A program made the position numbers and the translations under genes. The notes under the pieces were generated by a model. It had not been told where the DNA came from and ran no database searches. It saw nothing but the letters and a program-made list of their open reading frames with translations. DNA of 62,688 nucleotides, filler included, from Catajapyx aquilonaris (lineage: Eukaryota): the NCBI GenBank assembly GCA_000934665.2. It is 2 parts of 2 records of this genome, joined end to end, with 100 filler letters (N's around TTAATTAATTAA, not from the genome) between each part and the next. Parts side by side here need not be neighbours in the genome. Positions count along the whole stretch, not along the records: positions 1 to 31,305 come from JYFJ02004546.1; 1 more part is not named here. One strand, written 5' to 3'. Positions 11,759 through 24,580 of this stretch are shown one piece after another (the stretch's first letter is position 1; every line of letters begins with the position of its first letter).

Positions 11759-13863
11759 TTTTGCTACGGTCCTGCATAAATCTCCAAAACGAAATTCGAC
11801 TTATTCTTGGAATAATAATTGGAAATTTTCATCAAAACACAGCTGACAGATGACGGTGAGAGTTAGTACAAGATAAGAGGACCGGGTGAATGTTTTGCAC
11901 GGAAAAGCGCCGTATTTATATTTTACTCGCAAATAATATTTTTGTGTATTGGATAACATTTTACAATAAATTAATATATTAATACACATCCTCCGCAAGT
12001 GTAGATCCGGTCTCTCGATGTCCATACGTAGATGGAGGCATGCCACGACCAGTTTCCTCGGAAGGGAGGCTGACCTTCGAAGATTTGTGGCTCTGACGAC
12101 GTTGCGCCGTTTTCAAGAGTCGTTGCATTTATAGCGTGTGAAATGTATTCCCACGTACTACAATGCAATTTCACAACCAAAAGTACTTCCGCCATATTTC
12201 TTGTGTTACCTTGATTTTAATATAAATTCATCCACGCATAGGCCACACTGAATGCCTTATTTCTCTCTCCCCCACCCTTCCACTACTTCCTATTATTCGC
12301 CCCATTACCGACATTTTTGAATCTGCGCGTCCGTAGCTGTATGTACCAAAATAATAAACTCATTCTGCACTGTGTAGTGCTGACATCACGCATATTAAAA
12401 CGGACCTGTTCTGTTGGACATGTTTGTCATGTGGCCATTTTCCCCCCTCTAACTATCAATGTGATAGGCCTACCACAGCAAAATCTAATCACAAAATGTC
12501 ATTCCCTTCGCTTGTTGTCCGAAAATAACGTTGTTCAGAAACTCATAAAAATCGACTTTATCATTTACAGCAGATCTTTTCACCCTGTAGGAAATGAAGC
12601 GGCTAACGACATTATGCATGACTCGAGGGAAAGCTATAAAATTATCATCTCTTTACTTTGCACCCCTGCATTGCCGTATAAATAACAGTAATTATTCCCT
12701 GCCCCACTGATGAATGACAATGATTGATCACTTGCCCAGGCGGCTAATCAGGCCAGGGCGTCTCCTACCAATATTCCCAATATCCTTCCAGAATCAACAC
12801 GCCAGGTGCAATATGTACTGTACGTATGTGCGTATTTCAAGTGGTATCAAATACAGGGTATTGCACTTTCATTGCACAATCCGAAAACCACCATTATTGT
12901 CATAACCTTATGTGCATAGTTCTGTCCCCAGCACGACGACAATCGACACACCAGACATACTCGTAGTATTAAACCCTGAAAAATAATTCAGCATTTTCCG
13001 TTGTAAATTATTTCAGTCATGACTATAGCGTTGTAATAAAATCCGAGGAAAACCCCGTTTTTCGGTTTTTGCCAGGAAATGCAGCGTAAATTATTTAAAT
13101 ATCTGCATATATCATTTACATTTTAAATGGTTTACATATAAAATAATGAGATGAAAGCTTTCACATAAAATATTTCATTTTCTATGTAATAAAGGCCATA
13201 TTCCACTTGTACAAAAATGGAAAAAACTATTATTCAATATTCTGGACGTCACTATCACTACTACTTGTGCCACCAATTTCTTCGAGGATTACACCGCAGT
13301 AGAAGTGTTGCAGGATATTTTCTGAGTTTTAAAATGACTTCTCATCATAACCAATAAATTTCTTGTTATTTCCATGTCATGTAATGTCTATGGAGATTGA
13401 CTAACCGGTATACTGTAAATAGGCTGCTAATAAACTGGTAAGGTTATTATCATAATATTAATTATTTATTTTCAGAACAATGGGATGTCTTAATAAAAAC
13501 TGGATAGTGCATATAAAAATCCAAATCAGTTGTGAAAATAGTAAACATGTTAGGAGTAAATCCAATCCCCCCCCCCCCCNCCCCCCAACCCGTTTTTTTC
13601 AGCCTGCAATCTGAATTTCCGGCATTTTTTTACAACAGCATTCGTGGCCAACCGCGCTTGTCCTTGGGTATTGCTTAGTCCCACGACCTTCACTTGTACT
13701 CAGACGCTTCCTTCTTTTGCTTGTTTTGTTTCAGTAATTAACCTGCTCTAAACTAAACAACCGTACAAACTTTCATCTACCACGCATCGCACCAACTACT
13801 GCCGAGCTTAGACCTCGCATATTTTGTGCCTCAATGTGACTGCGTACGTATTCTAATTGCTCC

Positions 13864-16800
13864 ATGGAGTTACAAGAAAAGTCAAGTCAAAGGTAAGCTA
13901 CTTTGGTAGAGCATGTGTATAGTCCTAGCATACTTCCAACATGTATACCGCATCAGCAGCATAAGTTCATAAAGACAGACGTGTAATTCTGAGCAATAAT
14001 CTTATTCTAACTCTAAGAGGAAGTTGTTTCAAACACACATGTGAATCAATCCTGGATATAATTTTTGGCAAATTCCTGCTTTTTCCAGTGTTAGAAAGAT
14101 GATGGGTGATAGCGAAGAGACTGTGGAAGAAGACACGGTTCTGCCCTCGGGAAGTGGTCAGGTTGATGACATCGCCAGACCAACACTCATGGAGCTGCTC
14201 GTGAAGAGAGACCTTGAAGGATTCAGGTCAGCTCTGGCACATGCCACAGAAGAGCAGGTCAGTTTCGCACTGGTCAGGTGCAGAATTATTACATGCGATG
14301 GTACTAATCATAAGCAGTTTTACCAGGTATAACAAGGTGTAGTGCACTGGCCATATCTATTTTAGTATATTGAGAAAAACTTGGTCAGTGTATCTGTGTA
14401 TGATACAACCTTATTGAAATAAGGCTCGGAATAACCCGATGGTTTGCTACTGTTACTTATTATTTTCTATATACACATGCTGACACTATGTTATTGCAAA
14501 AGGAAAATCATGTTGCCGACGTCATAATATTTCAACAATGAAAATGACAACTCAAGCAACTTTCTCTGATTGATTCAATGATGCTTCTCAATCCGAGAAT
14601 GGTACTGATGTCCTGTGAATAATTCCGGAATAAATTTGTTAGTTGCATCATTGGTATTGTTGGAAGCCATTGTGACCATTGTAACATCAGCACAATTTTC
14701 AGTGCAAGAAATAATACACGTTAGATGGACTTATTATATGAAATATTATAATTCGATTTAAAAAATATATCGCACGTTTCTTCTCGGTCCCTAAATGATC
14801 GACTCTGGTTTTTATTAAATACGAGTTTTGTTAGCACTATTTCTGAAGTATCGTCAAACCTCTTCTAACTTTGAGTGCTTTAATGTTTCATGCGATGTAT
14901 GCTTCCTGTACGTTTCCCATTCCGTGAGGTAACCTAGAACAGTGTTACGGACTAACAATTTTATCCGCATGGCCCGGATAATGGTTCTTTAAACGAAGTC
15001 CAACAAAAGATGCTGCAAGAGCCTGAGATGATCATAAAAGCTAAAACGCCTGCTATCCAGGGGGCAGGCACATTTATAAGCGCGCAATGGTTTTTTTTTC
15101 AGTGTAAGAACTTCGTAAAATGAAAATATACCCGTATAATATTTTTAAATTTTTATATCACTGATATTATATAAAAGATCCCTCTCTGGTGCTGCAGCAA
15201 TGGGCTTACGTGTAGATTGATTTGCTACATTCAACATTTTAATATTACTTTTCCGAATTTCCCCCCTCAAAATATAATTTTCAAACCCGGCGTTAATGTG
15301 AAATGGCGTACAATGAAGCGGCGTAAAACGGATACTTCCTGTACACTGTACATATGTACGATACGTACGGTATGCTGCAAGACAAAATTCCCTTCACCAC
15401 GTACCTCAATCGTCTTCCCTAAGGAACAAACCATTTCTTCGCCTGTTCAAATATAAAGCAGTACATTGTAACAGTATGTTTCTCATTTGAGGTAAACTTC
15501 CACAGCCTGAGAAAAATGTCACTCATACGAATATACGCGTATTGTATTTATGTAGGCTAATGCACAAAATAATAAGTAATCACAACTCTCTCTGAATTCA
15601 TTCAGATCAACGCCCGTTTTGACAGGGCATGCACGTGCTTGGAATACGCCAGCGAGCATGGTATGGTGGACTTTGTCCTCTCTCTTCTGGAGAAAGGTGT
15701 CGATCCATGGCAGTACAACACCACCCGGTACGGCAATGCCATTGTCTTCGCCTTCAGGGAAGGACAATACAAGGTGCTCAAGTGTTTCCTGGATCCAGAC
15801 ATCGAAATCGACTGCGGTGGAAACGAGTTGCACCTAATGGTCAAGATCGGAGTGGTCGAATCAAAGAAATCTATGGACACCACTCACGTCCTAGGAACCC
15901 TCGACAGCCTTCTGGAGGACACCAAGATAGACCTAGACAAGAAGGACAGGACTGGAGCGACACCAATATACTTGGCAGCAGTCGGAGGATGGTGGGAAGG
16001 TGTGAAGTCCATACTGTACTACGGGCCGGACCTGGACGTGGAGGTGGATGGACGTACCGCCAGGGATGTGTTGGAAGATGACTGCCCCGACCTGCTAGTG
16101 TTCCCCAAGACGAAAGGATCCGTCGAACCCAGATGGAAATACCTGAAGAAGAGGATGTTCATGGCTCTGTACAATCAAAACACGGCCAGTTTCGTAAGAA
16201 TGGTGCGACAGGCATCCGATCTGGACGCCTATGAAGACTGGTACACCTTTCTGCAATTTTCCTGCATGTACGGCTTATACGATTGCGTCACAGCACTAGT
16301 GGAAAATGGGGCCAAACATAACCAAACATGTCCAAACACGCCCGTCCCTCCAGTAGCCATGGCCGCAAAGTATGGTTACCACAGAATACTCAAAACCCTG
16401 ATCGTGTACGGGGCAGACATCCCTAATTCCAGGGGTTATAAAAAAAGAACGGTGCTACACCTAATCGCTTTGCAAGAGTCACCATACGTTAATAAAGAAA
16501 AGGACTACCACCAGTGCTTAGAAGAAGTGATGTCAAATCCACCAGAAATCGACGCTAAAGATGCTCTTGGCAACACCGCTTTGTATTACGCTGCGTGGAA
16601 TGGAGATAATAAAACGATAAAAACACTGCTGCATGCAGGAGCGTCTTTGGGTGCGAAAAACAGTTTGGGCGAAACACCGTTGTCCAAGATACCGCCGGAT
16701 ACTGTCCAAGAGTTCCTGGACGAGTGCATAGTCGAACCGGACAAAGCTCCTCTGTGGGACCAACTTAAAATCACATTCCAGTACAAGTTCTTGCAGCGCA

Positions 16801-18155
16801 GAAGAAGCCCGAGTCCAGGTTCTATCCTGGACCCCGAGAAGCAGGATTCGGAGAAACATGACTCCAACCTTTCCGAAACAACAGAACTATGGTATCTCTG
16901 GCAGTCGAGCAAGCACCAGCATTTGCTGAAGCACCCTGTACTCTCCAGCTTCCTTCACTTGAAGTTCCAGTGCATTGAAGGTATCTACTACTTCCACCTG
17001 CTTGTCCACACCATTTTTGTGTTGCTCTTGACATATTACTTGCACATGTCGTTTGCTACTGCTGAACCCGGTTCACAGTCCTCTAGGTATGCCATTACCT
17101 TGGTCAACGCAACATTCTTCACGTTCATTGTCCTACGCGAATTAATTCAAATGTCAGTGTCTCTCAAGCGTTACATGATCAGCATCGAAAACATATGCGA
17201 ATCAGCCCTGATTGTCCTGACTATTCTGGTGGTGTACTGCCCGATAGAGATAGAAACCAAGCGCCATCTGGCTCCCTTCCTGATGCTCCTGGCCTGGTGC
17301 GAGGTCCTCTTCATCTTGGGACAACACCCGAGTCTCTCCACCTACATGACCATGTTCGCCACCGTCAGCATTAGTTACATCAAGTTTCTGGCCACGTTTT
17401 CCCTCCTGATATGCGCGTTTGCTCTCAGCTTCTCCCTGGTATTTTACAAATGCGAAAAAGCATCAGACTGTGATGCATTTCACTACTTTCCAACATCGGT
17501 GCTGCGTACCTGCGTCATGATGACTGGAGAGTTCGAGTTCGGGTCATTGCCCTTTTCTGCCCTAACCGGCACCTCCCAGCTCATCTTCTTCCTTTTCTTC
17601 TTCCTTGTTGTCATTGTCCTCCTCAATCTCCTGAATGGTTTGGCCGTCAGTGACACCCAAGCCATATTAGACCGCGCTGAACTAGTAGGGTGCGGATCAC
17701 GTCTCCAGCTCATCTCATACATCGAGTGCACGGCGTTGGGCGAAACCATGCCCTTCTCCTCCGGATGGGGTCCGTATGAATGGATACGACATTTGCCTGA
17801 CTGCTCCTTGTACAGCGTATTCCACAAATTGCCCAAACTGCGCCGAATCATACGTAACGTCATGTTTGGCCCCACCGTCCTGCTGTTCCGTCGTTTGCCA
17901 AAGATGCAGCTTAAGTTAACCTTTTCAGATGTGATCAAGGTTCGTCCTGAGAGGTTCTACCTAGACAAGTCGGTTGCAGAAGCGGCCAAGTCTGTGGTGC
18001 TGGAGAGGAAGAGGCGAGCCAAGGCAAATGGAGGTTCTAGGGATATCCAGGAGAGGCTGGACGCGCTGGAGAAAAATATGACCACTAATATGAGCGATCT
18101 TAACACCAAGCTGAATGCCCTGATTAGCGCGATAGAAGCCAGGAACAGATATTAG
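13864..18155 (+). CDS. pain: Painless-like TRPA cation channel, copy 3, intact, 915 aa (exons 13864-13892, 14089-14257, 15606-18155)
   Basis: GT-AG introns with consistent phase (MELQEKSSQS-VRKMMGDSEE...ATEEQ|INARFD...). Ankyrin repeats, 6 TM, pore MMTGEFEF, NLLNGLAVSDTQ and coiled coil present; no stops. Confidence 0.9.
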
Positions 18156-18363
18156 ACTTCCAGTCGAGTTTATCACTTGGATATTGGCCAGCCAATTCAC
18201 GCAGTCGATGAACTGCTGTTTGTTTAGGGCCATACCAGTTTTTTGTCCCCCTATTGCCTCAAATAACCCTTCACGCAAACGATTAGTTTTGTAACAATAA
18301 TATGGCTCTAAAATAGTTTTCCAAAAGTTTGATATTTATTCTGACCTCTTATATACAACCATT

Positions 18364-18656
18364 CACCGAAGCAGTTTGTAGTAATGGATATGATGTCCGA
18401 CTGCTAATCGGGAGGTCCTGGGATCAAATCCCGCGGCCGGCAACTCTGACCGTGGTTTTCTGTGGTTTCCCACGGTCCTTCCAGGAAAATTCCGGAGTTG
18501 CTTCCGCAATTAATAGGCCACAGCCGCTTCCTTCCGTCCCTATCCTATCCCAAAAAGCGCAGTAAAATGAAAGCAAAGAGTTCCAGGCAAAACAAAAACT
18601 TCCCCCCTAAAGAGCCGATAGGCTGATAACGGGGTATGAATTATAATTATTATAAT
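18364..18656 (+). mobile_element. tRNA-derived SINE
   Basis: A-box-like TAGTAATGG, B-box-like GGATCAAATCC, GGTTTTCTGTGGTTTCCC body and AT-rich tail. Degenerate TSD TATACAACCATT/TATATAACTATT. Absent from the paralogous flank at ~9861-9875. Confidence 0.75.
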
Positions 18657-19738
18657 TATATAACTATTTCCAATCATAATAATCGGTGCTAAACTTCTGC
18701 CATCACGACCACAAACTGGAATTTTCAATGGCGTAAAAAGATTACTAAATAATGCGAACATTTTGTAACTGTTTATTTTTTCTAATTATTGCTCTCCTAT
18801 ACGTACTTCCCCAATTACATATATCTGTAACAATAATGACTAACAAAAATGATAATAATACATCGTTACTAATGAAAAAATGTAAATTTCTCTCCAATTT
18901 CTTGCAGCATGCCAGAAAAACTTCATCACTGTGGAATGATGACCTAAGTCTAAACTTTAAAGAAAAACCTCTTCTAACGTTGAGTGCTTTAATGTTTCAC
19001 GCGACGTATGCTTCCTGTATACGTTTTCCATTCCGTGAGGTACACTAGAACAGTGTTATGCACCAACAATTTTATCCGCATGGCCCGGATAATGGTTTTT
19101 TAAACCAAGTCAAACATGCTGCAAGAGCAGGAGATCATAAAAGGTAAAACGACTGCTATCCAGAGGGCAGGCACATTTATACGCGCGCAATTGTTGTTTT
19201 TATTTCAGTGTAAGAACATCGTAAAATGAAAATATACCGTATATCTACATGTTTAAAAATATATATATCACTGATATAAAAGATCTCTCTATGGTGTTGC
19301 AGCAATTGGCTTATGTGTAGATTGATTTTCTATTTTTAATATTTTAATATTAGTTTTCCTATTATTTTTCTCAAAATAACATTTTCAAACCCGGCGTTAA
19401 TGTGAAATGGCGTAAAATGAAGCGGCGTAAAACAGATACATCCTGTACACTGTACATACGCACGATACGTACGGTATGCTGCAAGACAGTAGAATTCCTT
19501 TCACAAGGCAACTCAATCGTCTTCCCTAATGCAAATTTAAAGTTATGGGACATATTATACCATTTATTTGCCTATATGTTCAAATAAGCAGTATACATTG
19601 TGACAGTATGTTTCGCATTTAAGGTAAACTTCCGCAGTCTGAGAAAAGTGTCACTCTTGCGGATATACGCGTACTGTATAATGTATAGGCTAATGTACAA
19701 AATAGTCAGTAATCACAATTCTCTCTGTACTCATTCAA

Positions 19739-21556
19739 GTCAACGCCCATTATGACAGGGCATACACATGCTTGGAATACGCCAGCGTACATGGTATGGT
19801 GGACTTTGTCGTCTCTCTTCTGGAGAAAGGTGTCGATCCGTGGCAGTGCAACACCATCCTGTACGGCAATGCCATTGTCTTCGCCTTCAGGGAGGGACAA
19901 TACAAGGTGCTCAAGTGTTTCCTGGATCCAGACATCGACATCGACAGCGGTGGAAACGAGTTGCACCTAATGGTCAAGATCGGAGTGGTCGAATCAAAAA
20001 AATCTATGGACACCACTCACGTCCTAGGAACCCTCGACGGCCTTCTGGAGGACACCAAGATAGACCTAGACAAGAAGGACAGGACTGGAGCGACACCGAT
20101 ACACTTGGCAGCAGTCGGAGGATGGTTGGAAGGCGTGAAGGCCATACTGTACTACGGGCCGGACCTGGACGTGGCAGTGGAAGGACGTACGGCCAGGGAT
20201 GTGTTGGAGGATGACTGCCCCGACCTGCTAGTGTTCCCCAAGACGAAACGATCCGTCGAACCCAAATACGTAGAAATACCTAAAGAAGAGGATGTTCAAT
20301 GCGCTGAACCAACAGCACACGGGCAGTTTCTTAAGAATGGTACCGCAGGCATCCGATCTGAACGCCCATGATGGCTTGAACACCTTTCTGCAATTAGCCT
20401 GCATCGAAGGCTTATACGATTGCGTCAAAGGACTGCTGGATATAAATGGGGCAGAACCTAACAAAACATGCACAAAGAAAGGCTGGCCTCCGGTAGTCAT
20501 CGCCGCAGATAGGGGCTATCACAGAATACTCAGAACTCTGATCCTGTACGGTGCTGATATCAATAAATCTAGGGGTCACCAAGAACGAACGGTGCTACAC
20601 CTAATCGCTTTGCGATGGTCTGTATCTCCCGTTGACAAAGAGCTGAATTACGACCAGTGAAGTGATGCCAAGTCCGCCAGAAATCGAGGCTCGAGATGCC
20701 CTGGGCAACACTGCTTTGCATTATGCTGCATGGAATGGACACAAGAAAACGATAAAAACTCTCCTGCATGCAGGAGCGTCTTTGGGTGCGAAAAACCATT
20801 TGGGCGAAACACCGTTGTCCATGATACCACCGGATACAGTCCAAGAGTTCCTGGACGAGTGTATAGTCGAACCGGACAAAGAGTGGGAACAACTTGATAT
20901 CATATTCAAGTATTACAAGTTCTTGCAGTCGAAGAGAAACCCTAATCCAGGTTCGATCCCGAAATGCAGGATTCGGAGATACAGGAGTACAACCTTTCCG
21001 AAATAAAACAGTTGTGGTGTCTCTGGCAGTCGAGAAAGCACCAGCATTTGCTGAAGCACCCTGTACTCTCCAGCTTCATGCACTTGAAGACTCTGAAGTT
21101 CCAGTGCATCGAAGGTTTCTACTACTCCAACCTGATGATCCACGCCATTTTCGTTTTGCTGTTGACATATTACTTGCACTTGTCGTTTGCTTCGGCTGAA
21201 CCTGGATCCCAGTCATCCAGGTACGTCATTGCCTCGGTCAACGCAATATTCTTCCTGTTCATTGTCCTATACGAGAAATTGTTCAGAAGGCCGTGTCTCT
21301 CAAGCGTTACCTGGTCAGCTTCACAAACATATGCGAATCAGCCCTGATTGTCCTGACTATTCTGGTGGTGTACAGCCCCATAGAGATAGAAACCAAGCGC
21401 CATCTGGCTCCATTCCTGATGCTCCTGGCCTGGTGCGAGGTCCTCTTCATCCTGGGACAGCATCCGAGTCTCTCAACATACATGACTATGTTCGCCAAAG
21501 TCAGCATCAGCTACGTCAAGTTTCTGGCTATGTTTTCTCTCCTGATAGGCGCGTTT
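19739..21556 (+). pseudogene. pain: Painless-like TRPA copy 4, truncated pseudogene
   Basis: No exons 1-2, and the acceptor CAG has become CAA (19736-19738). Frameshifts near 20270, 20657, 20960 and 21270 fragment the ORF. Homology stops in S5 before the pore loop and S6. Confidence 0.9.
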
Positions 21557-21786
21557 AATATTTTCACACGCGAACTACTGGCGATTTGTAAACCACAACA
21601 ACTGTGGGTGTATGCTAGTTTTCCAAATGTATGTAGTCTCTGGTCTCTTCTATTTTAAAAACTCATTTCCAAAAGTATAAGCGATCTTGAACCACAGTGA
21701 ATATCACGACAGTTTGAAATTTTAAATGGCGTAAAAAGGTTTCGAAATAATATGAACATGTGATTGTGTAAGAGTTGTTCTCCTCA

Positions 21787-22119
21787 TCTATATAAATAAA
21801 GCCGTTTGTGAGTCTGTCGTCTCTGTCCCAGCGTTGCCAACTCAGCGGTTTTGTATAGCTACAGTAGGTTGCCCCCTAACGTGTCAGGGTGGGGGTTTCT
21901 GGCAACGCCTCCTCTTGCCCCCCGCCGATCCCAACCTCCTAGACCCCCTACCTCCCTCTGCCTTCTACGTCACCGCTCCTGGCGAAATAACGGGGGTGGT
22001 TTTGGTGCGGGTGGGAAGGTCGGGAGGGGTTGCAACTGAGGCGGGATTTTCACCGGGTTACTGGCAGGTGTTTTCCCTTCATTCATTTCTCCCCGGGCAA
22101 CGCCGGGTGACGCATCTAG
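21787..22119 (+). mobile_element. Non-autonomous Helitron-like element
   Basis: Inserted between A and T. 5' end TCTATATAAATAAAG; 3' hairpin CCCGGGCAACGCCGGG (22092-22107) then CTAG (22116-22119). Confidence 0.75.
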
Positions 22120-22980
22120 TAATGTATAATTATTTACCTTCGCCCATAAAGAAATTACAAATGACAAACAGAAATTAAAATAAATTGTTGATAACGTGCA
22201 AATGTGAATTTTTCTGAAATATATGTTTCTGCAATTTCTTACAACATGCCCATTATAAGATAAACCTGTGGTGGTCCTTCCGGTAAAGGCCTACTATCCG
22301 ACCTATCTTCTTGCAATGTAATGGTCCCTTCTGGAATCCAGAACAATTACATTCCTATTCACATCACTGGAGCGGCTCATTCAACATCAACTACAATATC
22401 GTTCTTTGCAAAGGTAATGAAGGAATAGACAATCGTCCAGATGATGGTAGAGTTCATCATTGGAGAGTATGGCGTGTAATAAAATGTGAGTTGTAATACT
22501 AAGGAAATTGGTTACTTTCCTCTCTCTGCTGCTAATACTGTATCATAATTATTATATCTGCTTCGTTACAAGAATTTAGAATAAATACCATTAATTTTCT
22601 GAAGTAAGGCATTAACAGCCAGATTTTGAATTAACCTCATTCTGAAGGAGCATAATTCTGGCTTCCATGATATTGGTTTACAATATGGAATTTTTCGGGT
22701 GTAAGTGGCAAAAATGCCAATCTACATCCAACTCAAAGTACTTGTATGTGCGTATAATTACATTGGATACGTTTTTAGTGGATTCTGCTGTACCGGGTGG
22801 CTCCTTCATCGGAAAGGTATATGTAAGTTTTCACATCCAAACACCAAAATAGTTGTCCCATTGCTATAGTGTTTTTAAATGGCTGAACCTGATTGATTGT
22901 ACGATTAAACAAAAATACAGTGTATGCCGACGCTAACTCCATTGATGCTACCAGCTATCCATTGCTCAATTTGCAACATT

Positions 22981-23801
22981 TTAAGCACTGTCCCGTTCAA
23001 ACTAGTTCCCTCTACTGGCGATAGACAGTTGTTAATTTATTCTTCCATTGTTGGAATCCTTCCTGGAACGCACTTTCTGGGATGGCGTGCAGTGCTCTTG
23101 TCGGATTGTCCTGAATCGCCTCTATGTTTCGGAAATGACGTCATTTCATATTGGTTTTAAGTTTTAAATATAGCAAAAAGTCTGTTGGGGCTAAGTCCGA
23201 AGAATATGGTAGATTGGCACAACGGATGTCTGATGTTTTGCCAGATAACTCATGGCGAGGAGCAATGTGTGAGTCGCCGCATTGCCATGGCGCAATATCC
23301 CAGTCTGGCTTCCCCACAATTTAGGCCTTTCCTGGGCACAGCATCCCTCAGACATAATAAAACATTCTGATACACAACACTGCTTGTCTGCCAATCTGAC
23401 AACGTGGTCCAAATTCATAAATAAAAATGCATTTCCAATCCAAAAGCCCAACCAACATCACCTTGACCTTTGACCGACTGATCTGTGCCTCTTTTGGTCG
23501 AGGACACCATTCCCAAGTATGCTTGGTAAAGCAATTGAAATGTCTCTGTAAAATTTTAACAATTTTTAGCGAAATTTCACACAAACAGACATTGTTGTTT
23601 TTCAAGCTCTCTCATATTCACTTTCTCACTAATTCGACGAACAGCTTGTATCTCGATGACCAATGGTCATAGCGGAACGTAGCAAATGGCAATTTGTTGT
23701 CGTCAAGACATGTCGCTAGGTGTTGTCAGTAGCCTCTATACGCTCTTTGTACCTGTTGACGCCCTATTTAAAAAGTTCGGTTTCTTTTTGAACAGCCCTC
23801 G
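22981..23801 (-). mobile_element. Degenerate, internally deleted mariner transposon
   Basis: TA + CGAGGGCTGTTCAAAAAG TIR at 23801. Frameshifted transposase motifs NFTETFQLL, PRPK..SRSKVKVML, LRHGNAATH (HDNA), PYSSDLAPTDF (YSPDLAP) and AFQEGFQQWK. Confidence 0.85.
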
Positions 23802-24580
23802 TATTGTGCAAGTCTGGTGCAAGTGGATACTGGCCATAAGTGGTAGAGTCCAGAGCGAGTGATACTTGCTTGAACTTTGTCTTTTGCCCAAGTTTTGTGA
23901 TTTTCCCTAAGTTTATCGTTGTTATTCGGTTTTTGCTTTGGTTCGCGACCTTATAGCTTATTTGTACTTCAGGCCTATAAAATTATTCTGGCTTTTTATT
24001 TTCTGTAACATTATCCTCCATATGCCCAAAAAAGTAAACGTTTTGTGCCTGTTTGAGGGGTTTCCTTGCCTATTTAAGTTCCTGTTGGGATTTTTCCGTG
24101 CCTAAAAAGCCGGGCTCTAGTCATAACTCATAACCTTAATTGAGTGTATTCCGGCCAACCCGACAGTAATCGACAAAATTAAAGGAAGTGCCCACTGCTC
24201 AGTGTCAACAAATGGACTATAAAAATTGTCACCAGCAACTTATTACCATGATTCATCCTATTATTAGAATTCCAATTTATAGCCACCATCCGCACAGGCG
24301 CACACTTGAACTTGGACTGACTCCAAAATACGCACCATCTCCGGATCTCCCCCCCCCCTTCCCTCCTCAACCCTCACTCTTGTGTACTCTCTTTCATTCA
24401 CTCCAAGGTCACACTTGTTTTGCAGCCTCAGTCAGCGGTCAGTCTGGTCTAGACAAAACAAGAGTAAGGACTTGCATAGTATCTACCACACTGCACACCA
24501 ACTGGTGACCTTAGACCCTTGCTTAGACCTCGCAATTTGTGTCTAAATGTAATTGCGTACGGTCTCTAATTACTCCATGG

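Noticed and set aside
13029..13638. Possible old MITE upstream of copy 3 (GTTGTAATAAAATCCG / CCGGCATTTTTTTACAAC)
   Set aside because: Inverted ends are too degenerate and there is no TSD to support a call.
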